From the NCBI GenBank assembly GCA_036172245.1, contig JAYWIR010000009.1, positions 2,480,001 through 2,544,000 of the forward strand: 64,000 nucleotides of DNA, written 5' to 3'. The DNA is from Raillietiella orientalis (Eukaryota). Under the pieces are notes generated by a model that saw nothing but the letters and a program-made list of their open reading frames with translations, searched no databases and had not been told where the DNA came from. Position numbers and translations under genes: made by a program. Positions 1 to 10,619 of this stretch are shown here, in pieces; within the stretch, counting starts at the first letter, position 1, and each line of letters begins with the position of its first letter.

Positions 1-561
1 CTTCCAGATTCTCTTGAGGCGAAGCACCACGATGTGCTTTCGCCAGAAACGCTCAATCTCGCAAGATTTTATCTGTCTAAGAAGTCGATCTCGAATCAAA
101 GTCCACACGCTTTGCGGACAGTGACCAAAACATGCAAGAGGCGGTGGGCGTTACTAGGGTGTTCCGAGAACGCCTTGGTTACTATGAAGAAGAGCACCAT
201 CTCCAGGTAAATCAACCGAGAGCTACCCAAGCAGTTCAGGAGATGTTGCTCCTCCCTGAAGATCCCTTAGTCCTCCCCAGATTCCCTCCCTGAAGTATCC
301 CATTACCAATCATGCCATTTTGCACTTTGCAGCTCGATATGAGCCGACTAAGAATTATCCCTCTCTCCCCACGTCGGATGGATTGCTGATGACTACGAAG
401 TCGAATTCGCCACGGGAAATTCGACTTTATAGCCACAAGCTGCTTCCTGACGAATGTGACCGTCGTAAAACCTCTAATTAATCGCTTTAATCAATCAGGA
501 CTTGGACGGCCGATCCCTGTGCGTCTCACACGTCAGCGAACAAATCCTTACAAAACCGTAC

Positions 562-689
562 CTTGTCTGCGTCATCTTTGGTCCACAGTATAACGGGGGG
601 TGGATTTCCTACCGCATCGCACTTCAGATTCACTTCGGAAGCTACATCTGCTGCGACGTTCTTCGAAAACGACCGAAAGTAAGGGGCGT
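562..689 (-). CDS. kirre: Kirre/Rst-like, coding exon 4 (start of Ig4); gene continues beyond the left edge
   Basis: Follows a 57-nt GT-AG intron (690-746). Translates (Y)APYFRSFSKNVAADVASEVNLKCDAVGNPPPVILWTKDDADK. Donor AAG|GTACGG at 561. The four exons total 1068 nt = 356 codons in one frame. Confidence 0.88.
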
Positions 690-746
690 CTGCATCAGAT
701 ACAAAGATTGGATGATGAGAGTTCTGAGAGGCGGAGGCAGGCTCAC

Positions 747-1209
747 AAGTTATGTTGAGCTTGTAGGAAGCAGCTCCGCTGCCGATTATGTTGGTGACCT
801 CGCAGGTTACGTTCAGGCCGTTGCTTTCCTTCGTGACAACCGGAAGAACGAGTTCGTCCTGGTAGTTGTCACCGACGATGATGTCCCCGTCCCTGAACCA
901 CTTGAAGAATACTTCGCTGGGGTTGGCTTCGGCAAGGCACTTCAGACGGACAGAGTCGAACTCGAGCAAACGGCTGTTCCTGAGCTCCAGTCGGACCACC
1001 GGCGCGAACTTGACCTCCAGTCGAATTTCCGCCTTGTGCGGCTCGCGGAGCGCCGCGTTCTCGGCCTCGCACTTTATCGTGGTGTTGTGGTGGAAGCGAG
1101 TGGCAGAGAAGTACAACAGCGACTTCGAGTCCCCTCTCTTTCCGTCCGACAGCATCTGGCTGATCTGCTGCGAGGGGAAGGCGTTGCCCTCTCCGTCGAA
1201 CCATGTGAT
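747..1209 (-). CDS. kirre: Kirre/Rst-like, coding exon 3 (Ig2 end and Ig3)
   Basis: Follows a 50-nt GT-AG intron (1210-1259). Translates ITWFDGEG...HHNTTIKCEAENAALREP...EVKFAPVV...VRLKCLAEANPSEVFFKWFRDG...NVTCEVTNIIGSG...LNIT. Phase-1 donor T|GTGAGC. Confidence 0.92.
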
Positions 1210-1259
1210 CTGAAACGGGACCGTGTCACGGGAGGCGGAAAGCGACGGGCAGGGCTCAC

Positions 1260-1489
1260 GGTTGCTGGAGGCTTGCCTCCCTTGGAGACGCACTCGAGGT
1301 GCATCTGCCTGCCGGCGACGGCCTCCAAGAGAGCTCCTTGGACGATGCGAGGTTTCTCCGGCACCACGAGAACGGTGAGTTTCGCGTTTCTGGAACGTAT
1401 CGCCTCTTGGCCGTCCGTCGGACCTACTTGGCATTGAAATATGCCGTCGTCTTCAAGCAGTAGAGGGCTTATTTTCAAAGAAAAGTCAT
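1260..1489 (-). CDS. kirre: Kirre/Rst-like, coding exon 2 (end of Ig1, start of Ig2)
   Basis: Acceptor ttcag| at 1490, in phase with the previous exon (G+AT=D). Translates DDFSLKISPLLLEDDGIFQCQVGPTDGQEAIRSRNAKLTVLVVPEKPRIVQGALLEAVAGRQMHLECVSKGGKPPAT. Donor GTGAGC at 1259. Confidence 0.92.
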
Positions 1490-1821
1490 CTGAATATCGA
1501 GAAACATCATACCTTTAGGTTACTTCGTGTTAATCTGATTCAGAATTCTCAAATAAAATCATGAATTTTTGTATGCATCATGCGCAAGACACTCAAGAAA
1601 ACACATCAGGCACGAGGAGGAGGAGTTTTCCGTTGCACCGAGAAGCGCGCGAAAGAGAGGGCATCGAAGAATCCTCTGTGTCAAGACTGATGGAAACGTA
1701 AGATAAACTTGCTCGCGCAATCATGCTCGACGCAGATTCCTCCGGAGAACACGCAGGAGGAGGAGTTTTTTTCTTTCATCTGCACAAAGATCCCCCCTTC
1801 CAAGAGCAAATCACGTGCGCA

Positions 1822-1824
<3 letters not shown>

Positions 1825-1860
<36 letters not shown>
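1825..1860. repeat. (AC)18 microsatellite
   Basis: Perfect AC run seen directly. Confidence 0.97.
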
Positions 1861-1862
<2 letters not shown>

Positions 1863-2029
1863 GAAAGTGACCAATCAGTTGCCCCGAACCAATTCCAGGA
1901 ATTTGACGTCGCAGTAACTGTGACGAAATGGTCCCAGGGATAAAAATTCTGGAGGACATAAAAATTCTGGGGATTTTCACGACATTCGAGAGGATCCGCT
2001 TTTCCATCACGAACGCAAGTCATGAGCGC

Positions 2030-4100
2030 TTAACCCTCGCGGTCCTTCTCCTGGAACACCTTGCTGTGATACGGATGACCGTTTCTGCTCCTTCGGTAGG
2101 TCACGTTCAACGAGTGAGCTCGCCCGAACGTAAGCCAGGATCTGCAGCGTGGACCAGCAGTGGTTTCGGGGAGCGGAAAGTTCGGTCCAAGTGATACTTT
2201 TCGAATCGAGATCCCGGAATGTGCTTCTGATTTCAAATGCATCCCGTCGCGCCGGCAGCCCACTTGAGGTTAGGGAAACGAGGAGAAATGGAATCCTTAA
2301 CTTGAATGTCCTTGCAGTCGGCCAAGAGCGGGCATTGGCGTAGAAACCGACACCGTTTGTAAGCAGAGAGGCGGCAGATGGTTTGCCGCGTAGGTGCTCC
2401 CCGGTTCCTGCGCCGTCTCGCATCCTGGAAGGTTCCTTTCTGTTCTCCCCCCAGCGAGGAATTCCCCATATTCCCGGTTGGGAACCGGTGGCTTCGAGCA
2501 AACCGGTACGGCACCGTGGTTTGGCTCGCCTCGACCGACCACCTCTCTTCGATCGGGTTACTCCCACTGGACTGACGTTTTCCACTTCGGTCAGTACGTT
2601 CCCAAATGTCCTCAGCTGCCACACATAAGTGTTCAGCGTCCTTCCGCACTGTTTCTTCCAGGCCATGGCTGTGTTTTTTTTTCTTCGTATTTGCTCCTTT
2701 GGTACAACAAGCCAGTTTCTTTCCGGTGTTGCTGCTGCTGCTTCGGATAATTTCGAAAACATCTCACGGAAGGACGGCGGCATTTCATGAGAAAAAATGG
2801 GATAAAATGAAAACTCTCGTCAGATTCAGATAATACTTCGATTCGATCTAATCTTGCTCTTTCTTTCTCGTTGCATTCAATCCGAGGTTTTGCCAGACAA
2901 CTAGTTCGTGAGGCATTTTACGGAGAACCCGTTGAACAGTATCGGAGGCGCTGATCAGCTTCTAAAAGTCAGTATCTCTGATGAAATCACTAATTCACAT
3001 GATTTCTTCCCATTTTCGCGCCCTTCGTGCGCTTCAGTTTACTGTTATCTGATACCATGTCTACGACGTCGGGAAACTGTTACCTTATCTAAACCTCTCT
3101 GACCCGAGAAATCCTGTGGATTACAGCGATGCCTACTCGGGAAAAAGTTTCGCCTTCCGAACCTCCCATCTTTGTTCAAAGTTCTTGGACTGAATGCCGT
3201 GGTGCCGCGCCCACTTTCCGAAGGAGCACCGAACCCGTTGAGTACTATGCGGGACTGATTTTGTCCCTCGTGTGGCAATCTTCATCTTCACAAGTCCCTT
3301 TCCAGCGGGAAGGACAGCCGACTGAGGTCCTCCCTGCTTCGGAGTCGCACTCCGTCCTCGTCGACAGATATGGAGCCTCTTTTCTGTCTTTGGCATTCTT
3401 TTCCAGTGCGACTTGGGGACTTGGTTAGGTAGCCATCGAGGGCATCAGCGGACGACCTTCCGTGCAATGCACTCGGCATGCGTGCTCCAGCCAAGGTGGC
3501 GGCAAGGAAGATCCTTGACTCGGACGCTTAGTTTCCCGCTGATGCGTACGCAGCGCGTTCCACAAGACGCTTCCTCCGCTTATTCGAGGCCTCTGGAAAT
3601 CCTTCACGGGAGCACATTCCCCCCGAAGGGTATTTGGAAGATGAGATGACTTTCCATTTGTTGCCGTGTGAGTGGAACGAACAAGCTTCGAAGACTGAAA
3701 AATCAATATCGGTAATCGGAAAGGAAGGAATTTTGATTTCACTTCCGGGTACAACCCGGGATCAGAATGACCCCGCACGCAGGAAGGAAATCCAAAACAC
3801 GACCTCAGCAAGTCGGGAGATCGGATACAAGGGGTGTTCCAAGTGAGTTTGTGGGTGGTGGGGCTCGCCCGAAATTGAGCCTACTAAGTGGGCACACTGT
3901 AGCCACCAGGAGCAGCAACCAGGTTCCGGGATGGCGAAAACTCCGAAAGACTTGCCAGCGGGCTGCTAGCTATGACGTGACAGGAGGAAACCCGTGCTTA
4001 CCGGGAGCAACAGAAATGAAACCAGAAATCAGCCTCCCGACCTTCGCGCACTTTACGAAATTTGCAAAGGGAAACCAAGAGAGAGCCATGAGGGACGCAG
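2030..4100 (-). mobile_element. Decayed HERO-like RLE non-LTR retrotransposon (RT to zinc-knuckle region) in the long kirre intron
   Basis: Frame-broken motifs in the expected order: FGFPSCVRGH (~GFSGCLEH), HLPNTFGG (~DLANAYGSVPH), KWARHHGIQSK (~WARMSFKPAKS), GVTRSKRGG (~RAGLG), SQPGIW (~QG.W), RNHCWSTLQILA (~WRHDQVL..LA). Confidence 0.55.
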
Positions 4101-6157
4101 CTTCATCGCAGGGTCGTAGGGTCTGAGCTCGCACGTCGGAAGGATGCTATTTTTCTTAAGTACTCCATCTCGTAATGAGCCATGAATTCTTGGACCGAGG
4201 AACAAGGATGTGAAACTAATGAAGACGAATTCGCCGAAGGGAAAATACATCAATTAGGAACAGGGGGTCTTCAAATACCTGCCTCAACTAAGCAGTGCCC
4301 GTGGACATGAAGTGGGATCTACCGAATGCAATCAAGGAGTGCTGCATCAATCAGTGTGTGGGCTGAACGAAAGTTTCCCCCCCGCGTATCTCATCTTCCG
4401 AGAAGCTTCGGCAGAGACTCCCCTGACGCCAAGTGACCACGCTCGACCAGTTCGCCTACACCAGTGCCCTACCACTCGAGTAGGATTTCAGCCTCACCAT
4501 CACCGCCCGCCGAATCCCCTCTTCCGCGCGTTCACACGATCCATGTACGGTGTAACTTTACAGATGTGAGAGACCCCATTCCCCCCTCCCATCTCCCTTC
4601 CCCCCCCGAAATCTCAAGACAGAGAACGAATGCAAGAAGCATTTCACGAAATGCTTTCGGGCGCGTGTCCCCATGGCAACGGACGCGGAAACTCCGAGAG
4701 CAAACTTCCGCTGCGTTTCGAGAGGACCCTATCGAAGCAATGATTAATGACGGGTCGAGATCACTGTGCAAACGGAATCTTCCGAAGAGAACTGCTGCTG
4801 CTGCTGCAGAGGCGATTTCGGATGCAGACGCATAAGAACTTCCTAATCACGTCGCACACGGGTCCTTTGTTCTGCCCCGAGGAGCGAAGAGAGGCGAAAG
4901 TGAAAATCGGCGTCCACTCCGCGTGCGGTATCTGCGGGTGCCCCCGTGCTGAATCGGTAACAGCAAGAGGGCGATTATCCGAAGAGCTGCTTCGTCCCGC
5001 TGATCCGCGCTCAAGAGTGGCCAAGTGCTCCCCATTGCAATCCAGCCGAGCACGACGAATTAATTAAACTGCTTTTTCGAGCAGCTTACTCTTCATTAGG
5101 GACTCGCTGGCAATCAGAATGCATTCACGGTTTGCTTCTTCTGGATCGATTGCTCTCCCTGCCACCGACGGAAGAAAAAAAAAAGAAAAGAAAAAGAAGG
5201 AAGAATTTCAAAAATCCCTTAGTGCCTCTCCCGAGCTGATCTTCGAAATGGCCGGGAGAGAGAGCTGCGAGCTTTCGTTTCGCGCATGAAACCGGGAACG
5301 CCGCTCCTCGAAAACCCATCAAAGGGAAAAGAATGGAGCTCGTGAAATGCCCGGCATCCCGCCATGTTTACGAACGGGTGGGAAGGCAGTTGGGCACGTT
5401 TTATGCCCACGTAGGGCTCCTACGGAAGCGGAGCGGCCGCCTGCAGGTGTGCTGATCGAAGTGCGGGGTGCCGGCATCTCATCTTTTCCACCTTCTCCTT
5501 CTTCTTCTTCTTCTCCTCCTCCCCTCGCTCCCCTCCCCCCTCATCTTCCTTTACAACCCTCTGATTCCTCGCCGTTCTCCAAGGCGAGGAAGCAGCGATG
5601 ACCGCGCTGCGGGTGCTCGCGCTGCCGCGAACAGCCCGGAAGAGGTACAAGGGAGGGGTGCCCTTCGGCCGCGCGAGGGACCCTTCCGACCTGAGGCCCG
5701 GCTCGCCTGTCGCAGAGAGGGAGGGACGCCAGCAGTAAGCGTCGCGGAGGGAGGGAGCGGCTGCCGGGAGACATCCGCGCGCGCGCGCCATCCGTTTTCT
5801 CTCCCGAAGACGCCCACGGGTCTGCCGGACGGGATCGTGACTCCCGGTGGCCAAACATCGCGATCCCCGTCCGGCGAACCTGCGCGTGCGCGCTCGCTCC
5901 GAATCCCGATATAAATATTCATTGGGGTTAGCTCTCGAGAACGTCGACCGGAAGGCACGGGAACGGCCGAAGAGCCACCGTCCCCTCGCCTTCGTTGCCC
6001 TGGGTAGCCCGCCATTACAAGAAGATGTGTTCCTTCTCGCGCTGTTGGCAGCTGCAGGAGAGCGAGAATGGGAGGTCGGGAAACCGGAAGGCGGGAGAGA
6101 TGCGGCCGCGGCAAAGGGAGGGTTGGGGTCTGGACGCTTGGAAAAGAATGACAACAT

Positions 6158-6612
6158 CCTCCCGAGAGTACGTGGACAGTGTCTGAGTTAGGGGAGCACC
6201 CCCTATGGATCCAAGAAGGCTCCGGAGGAAGGAGTCCTTTCCTCTTACGCTCGGGAGGGGAACTCCGAAGGGAACCCCTTCCTTGTTTCCTTCGAAGGGA
6301 CCCCACGGAGGGGGCCGCTCCTCGTTTCTGCTCCAGGGGGAATCTGGAAAGGATCCGCTCCTCGTTTCCTCCCCTTCTGAAGAGGAACCTCGAAGGGACG
6401 CTTCCCATTTCTCAGAAGGGTCGGCTCCCCGAAGGGAGCAGCACGCTGCTTGGCACTTTGGAGAGGCATCCATCCATCAGCTCCATGGTACGAGATGGAG
6501 GGCCTTCCATTGAGGGAAGGAGGTGGAAGAAGGGGGAACGGCCTCATTTTCGCAGCCGAAAGGGACAGACCAGCGAGCGCCATCCTAGGCTCGCAAGATG
6601 CACCCTCTGATT
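6158..6612. mobile_element. MITE-like repeat, copy A (inverted relative to copies B and C)
   Basis: Aligns by eye to the reverse complement of 63025-63513 (ccctatggatccaagaag / ccctatgaatccaggaag; aaggatccgctcctcgtttc / agggatccgctcctgtttt; ctccatggtacgagatggagggcc / ctccatcagtacgacgcggagggtcc). Degenerate terminal inverted motifs. Confidence 0.6.
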
Positions 6613-6621
6613 TGTAGGAGT

Positions 6622-6705
6622 CGGCCCTTCCCCGGGCGGGATTCGAACCAGCGGCTCTCGTGGTGGACTCCGCGTACGCTCGCGGTGAGACCGCGACGTC
6701 CACCG
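6622..6705 (-). other. tRNA-like (possible SINE head) remnant
   Basis: Minus strand contains GCTGGTTCGAATCCCGCCCGGGG (T-arm/B-box). No clean cloverleaf. A related sequence lies at ~15937-15975. Confidence 0.35.
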
Positions 6706-7193
6706 GCGCGCAGGGTGAGGGAGGAGTCCTCGTGGTGCTTCGTTGCCGGCGCTGGCCCGGAGGTGAGGGAGCGGCTGCGCCCCTCCCTCCGCGTTGTCCG
6801 GGTGGATGGACGCTTCAGCGCGGACGGCCATGGAGCGAGGAGTGGAAGCGCCGCACCTCGAGCCGGGCGACCTTGGATGCTTCCCGAGGGAGACGTCGAC
6901 CGGCAGGCGCGCGCGCGCGCGCGCACTCCTACGTAGCTGACCACCCGCGTGACAACCGTGCTGTCGACAGATGTTTCGTCCTCTTTATTGCCCTCCCCGT
7001 CGGTCCCGCGCGTCTTCTATCAATTTCAACCGCACCTTCCATCCGCGAGAGAGGAGAGCGCGCGTGAGGGGGGGGGAGAGGAACGGAGGGGGCACGAAGA
7101 ACGCCAAGAAATGTTATCTGATGCGGAGCGCGGAGCTTCTAATCACGTTGGAATTCGGGATTTTTTTTTTTTTTTTTCAGGAGCGAGGGTTAC

Positions 7194-7440
7194 CTTCATC
7201 GTCGCTTCCGGCCATCGTGTATCTGTCAAAACTGTCGAGGGACCTGGAGGTGCCCAGCCCGAAGCCATCCTTGGTCCACTGGAGCGTGCCTCGCCGGTTC
7301 TTCACGCGGCAAGGGAGGGTGACCTCCGACCCGAGCACGGCAGTCTGGTCGTATGGCTCCATCGCGAAGCGCTGGTGGGCGCCGCTGCAGTCATGTTGTT
7401 GCGCCATGAGGAAGAGGAGCAGCACGGCTATCGGTTCCAT
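7194..7440 (-). CDS. kirre: Kirre/Roughest (Neph1/IrreC-rst family) Ig-superfamily adhesion protein, first coding exon (signal peptide + first half of Ig1)
   Basis: Translates MEPIAVLLLFLMAQQHDCSGAHQRFAMEPYDQTAVLGSEVTLPCRVKNRRGTLQWTKDGFGLGTSRSLDSFDRYTMAGSDDE. The QRFAMEP.DQTAV.GS.VTLPCRV....G.LQWTKD.FGLG signature is typical of Kirre/Rst Ig1. ATG at 7440, phase-1 donor G|GTAAC at 7194/7193, and a pyrimidine-rich acceptor (ccttccag) ending at 7454. Kirre versus rst orthology cannot be resolved. Confidence 0.92.
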
Positions 7441-9449
7441 CCATTCGAGACGCCTGGAAGGCGAAGAGAGGGGAGTGGCGGCAGAAGACCCAGCCCCGCC
7501 TCGGAGCGGAAACTTCGCCCGTGACGTATGCCGAGAACGCTCCACGCTACTTCTGGGCTTGCGGCTTTCCTGCCGCCCGAGGCAGTCCCGGGCGAGAGAG
7601 AAGCGCTCCCTCTAGGGTCGCCCCTCGCGACTTAAAGGGTCATACGTTTGGGTTTTCGGGTGGCACGGGCAGCGCGAAGGCGCATCGTGTGGCCCTGAAA
7701 GACGTGTCTTCCGTCGATCCCCCGGGACGATCGAAAGGCGTCCCGAGGATCACTCACGCGGGGGAGGAGGGGACTTCGCTCCAGTCCATCCGCCGGTAGC
7801 GGTCTGCGGAGAGGAAGAGCCCTGACGGAGCAGACGAACGCGAGGAGGACGAATTGATCTGCGCTCCGGATTCATCCCGCAGACGGGGGGGAGTACTCTC
7901 TCCCTCTCCCTCCCGGCTTTCCTTCCGGCTAAACCGCGCGGTCGTAAATTCCGCCCGGAAGGCACTCCCTCACGCACGACCCCGCACGGCAGCGGACGCT
8001 GCTGCCTTCCGCCTCGGTCGCTGCACGCGCGCTCCAAGCGGCGGCGCCGCGCACCCGAGCGGCCGGCCGCATCCACCGCACAAGGGAACTTCGGAGGGAT
8101 CCATCCCTACCCCCGTTCCCCATTCTCGCTACTCCCGGATGAAGCTGCCCTATATCTATATACGCAAGCGTGTGCGTGTGTTGGTCTCTTGTGCGGTCGG
8201 AAATTCTCTCGAGGGGGGGGAGATGCCCGCGCGCAGCCCTCGCCGGAGCGCACGATGGGGACCGCAGGGCCTCTCCGCCACCGCCTTCAGAAAAGCCGAT
8301 AGACGAAAAGAGGGAGAAACCTGAGGAAGGGCGGCAATCCATCCGAGGGGAGTCCTTGTGACCCCTCCACCTCGCCTCCTGAAAGAGGTCGATCGACGAA
8401 TCTCCGCGGGGGTGGACGGCGGGGGTCAAGACGGCTCCGTCCGAGGACTCTGCGAAAGGACCGCTCGCCGCCCTGCCCGCCGGCTTGGAGGACGCCTGTC
8501 GCCCCTCCCCCCGAGGGGGGAGGCTCCCCTGCATCGATCGCGCGCGGCCCCAAGGGATGATTCCCTCGACTCTTGCGGAGCCTCCCGGACCCGCGGCAGC
8601 GACCGGGGAGTCTCGGAAGGAAGGCGCGCAGGCCCGCCCGGTGACCGAAGGTGGGCGGAAGTCGGGAATGGGACAGGGAGAGACGCGCGCATGCGCCGTA
8701 TCCCCCATTCATGACGCGGATCGAGACCTCCTGACTTCGGGCCATCCGCACCACGGGGGACCCCTCCCTCCTCGTCTCGTCTTCACGCACGCGTCCTCAA
8801 ACAGCTGAGGGGAAGCCGCGTCCTCCATCACTGACAGCGGAATTTCATGTGGCGAGTGAAATTTGATTGATCGCGCATCACAGGGAGGCTGCACTCATCA
8901 TGCGGATGTTGCGTCGGTAACAATGCCGCTTCGACAGGGAACGCTCTTAGGAGATCTCCGGGTTCACCCAGCAGAAAACATTTGCCCGAGAAGGCAAAAG
9001 AAAGGACGGGGAGGGGGTTGAGGAGAAGGAGGAGGAAGGGGGGAAGGAAGGAGAAAGATGCGAGGATGAGGAAAGGATCAGGAAGGGGACAAGCAAACCA
9101 GAAATGCCCACGAGAACGTTAAGCGCAGGAGGAGGAAAGTCCGTCCTGCGTGCACCTTCGTCGGGCGCAGGGGATGAAGAACGGAAGGGACGTCCGCATG
9201 TTTGCCGTGGCGCCCTGCGAAAATGAAGTTGCGGAGTTTCCCGCACCTCGCGGAGCGCCGCGCGTCCCGTCGTGTCCCGTCCGGCACCCCCTTTCCGTCC
9301 CTTCGTTTTGTTGTCGTTGACACAGGGTCGGTTTTCGCTTTCCTCGGGCGCTCCCGTTCCCAAAGGAACGCTTCCCTGCTCCTCCCGCCGAGCCGCCGGG
9401 AGGATCGTATGCGGAAGAGGAAGGGCTCGGGAAACGGAGCCAGCCGGCG

Positions 9450-9675
9450 AGGACTCCCTTTCATCTCTGGATGAACGTGACCCCGCGCACAGGAGGCCAT
9501 CCGAGCAGGCCTGCGCGCTTGCAGCCCGATAAGCCTTTGGGAAACGAAGCACTGACCTGCTGCAACAAGAGAGAACAACAAGAACAAAAAAGCAGAGTCA
9601 CGAGTCGCTGCCAGGGTTGACAACGACCCTGGCAGCCTGTGCTCCAACAGCCGCCATGACTGATTCCAGCCATGC
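9450..9675 (-). mobile_element. Short HERO-like RT fragment
   Basis: AGISHGG/RLLEH (~KAGIPGFSGCLEH) followed by AGQCFVSQRLI (~NAFGSVPHKLI). Confidence 0.4.
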
Positions 9676-9709
9676 ACCGCCTCTCGACCTTTTGGCTAAG
9701 ATCAAAATG
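9676..9709 (+). pseudogene. U2: U2 snRNA 5' fragment (nt 1 to ~34)
   Basis: accgcctctcgaccttttggctaagatcaaaatg versus U2 ATCGCTTCTCGGCCTTTTGGCTAAGATCAAAGTG (reference recalled from memory): 4 mismatches in 34 nt. Begins at U2 nt 1 and stops just before the branch-point-pairing region. Confidence 0.88.
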
Positions 9710-10450
9710 ACGGGGCTGATAAAATACGTAAGTACGAAATCACCCGCCGGATGACGCTGACGAACCGACGGAGTGCTCCATTGCGGGAAGGTACGGACGA
9801 GCTACGAACAGAAGACGACCGTGATGCACAAGGGGACAACGGGGAGCGTTTTCACGGATCAGCCCCACTGATCTCAGGATCCAAACTGTTATTCTTATTA
9901 TCGCCGATGCTTGCGAGTTCTTCTTAATGAAACTCTGGGATGATTCAAGGAGGAGCAGAGAGCAAAACTGAAGTCAGCAGCATGAAATAAGGAAGATGAG
10001 GGAGGGTGCACAAGACTCTGCCCAGTATTTGAAACACACGTCGCCCCGCCTACCATCCCTCCCAAATTATTCCAGCGGGGTCAGTCTCCCTGACCTGCTA
10101 CGAGATGTACTCTCCACAATCTCACGTCAACGTTTCCAGACCTCTCTGGGTTACAGTGGCGTTCGAATGAGCTATTTCTGCTCGATTTCCAGTCTCTAAG
10201 AGCTTTCTAAGAGTCTCAGAGTTTTCTATTCTTGGTTGCTGCAGCACCCTATTAAAGTTCGCATTACCCTGGAGGTAAAAGGACCGAACTGCTTGCCTTT
10301 CAGTGGGCCTGCGACCTTCTTGGGGTGCTAAATCCGTCTAAATTTAAATGCACTTTCTGCATCCATAAAGCTAATTGCAAAAGTGACTGCATGGGAAAAA
10401 CGGCGAAGTATGCACCGAATTTCGGCAGCCGCCCCGAACAAAGTCTCGGA
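9710..10450 (+). mobile_element. Probable 5' end (UTR + degenerate N-terminal zinc finger) of a Utopia-like element
   Basis: Directly follows the U2 5' fragment. About 10262-10400 reads HYPGGKRTELLAFQWACDLLGVLNPSKFKCTFC, resembling the H...W.C..C....P..H.C zinc finger also seen at 13660-13850 (-). Confidence 0.4.
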
Positions 10451-10619
10451 AAGGACAGGGCTGTACACGCAGAGGTCCATTCTTGGTGTCATCGCAACCA
10501 CAAATGAAAGGGACGACAGATTCCAGACTTGGCAGGCAACGCTGTTTCAAGAAATTTACGATATGCAAAGCGGCGGTCGTGTTTTTACAGCTGCTCATTC
10601 ATTTGCTCAATGTGGAATT

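Noticed and set aside
502..1437. 311-aa + strand ORF
   Set aside because: It is the antisense shadow of the Ig exons and contains no recognisable domain.
4300..5070. Possible CRE-like retroelement fragment (CGICGC, LLRPAD)
   Set aside because: Only two short motifs, not enough to support a call.
7441..7545. N-terminal extension of the ORF-track call 7177..7545
   Set aside because: It starts at a non-ATG codon and crosses a splice acceptor. The ATG at 7440 directly precedes the signal peptide.
5420..9680. Many overlapping 150-285 aa Arg/Gly/Pro-rich ORFs (also 15-21 kb and 62.8-63.7 kb)
   Set aside because: Such ORFs are expected in GC-rich non-coding or repeat DNA. They occur in several frames at once with no domain signatures.
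9676..9870. Functional U2 snRNA gene
   Set aside because: The match stops at nt ~34, with no branch-point region, Sm site or 3' stem-loops. The gacggagtgct match at ~9767 is too short to trust.
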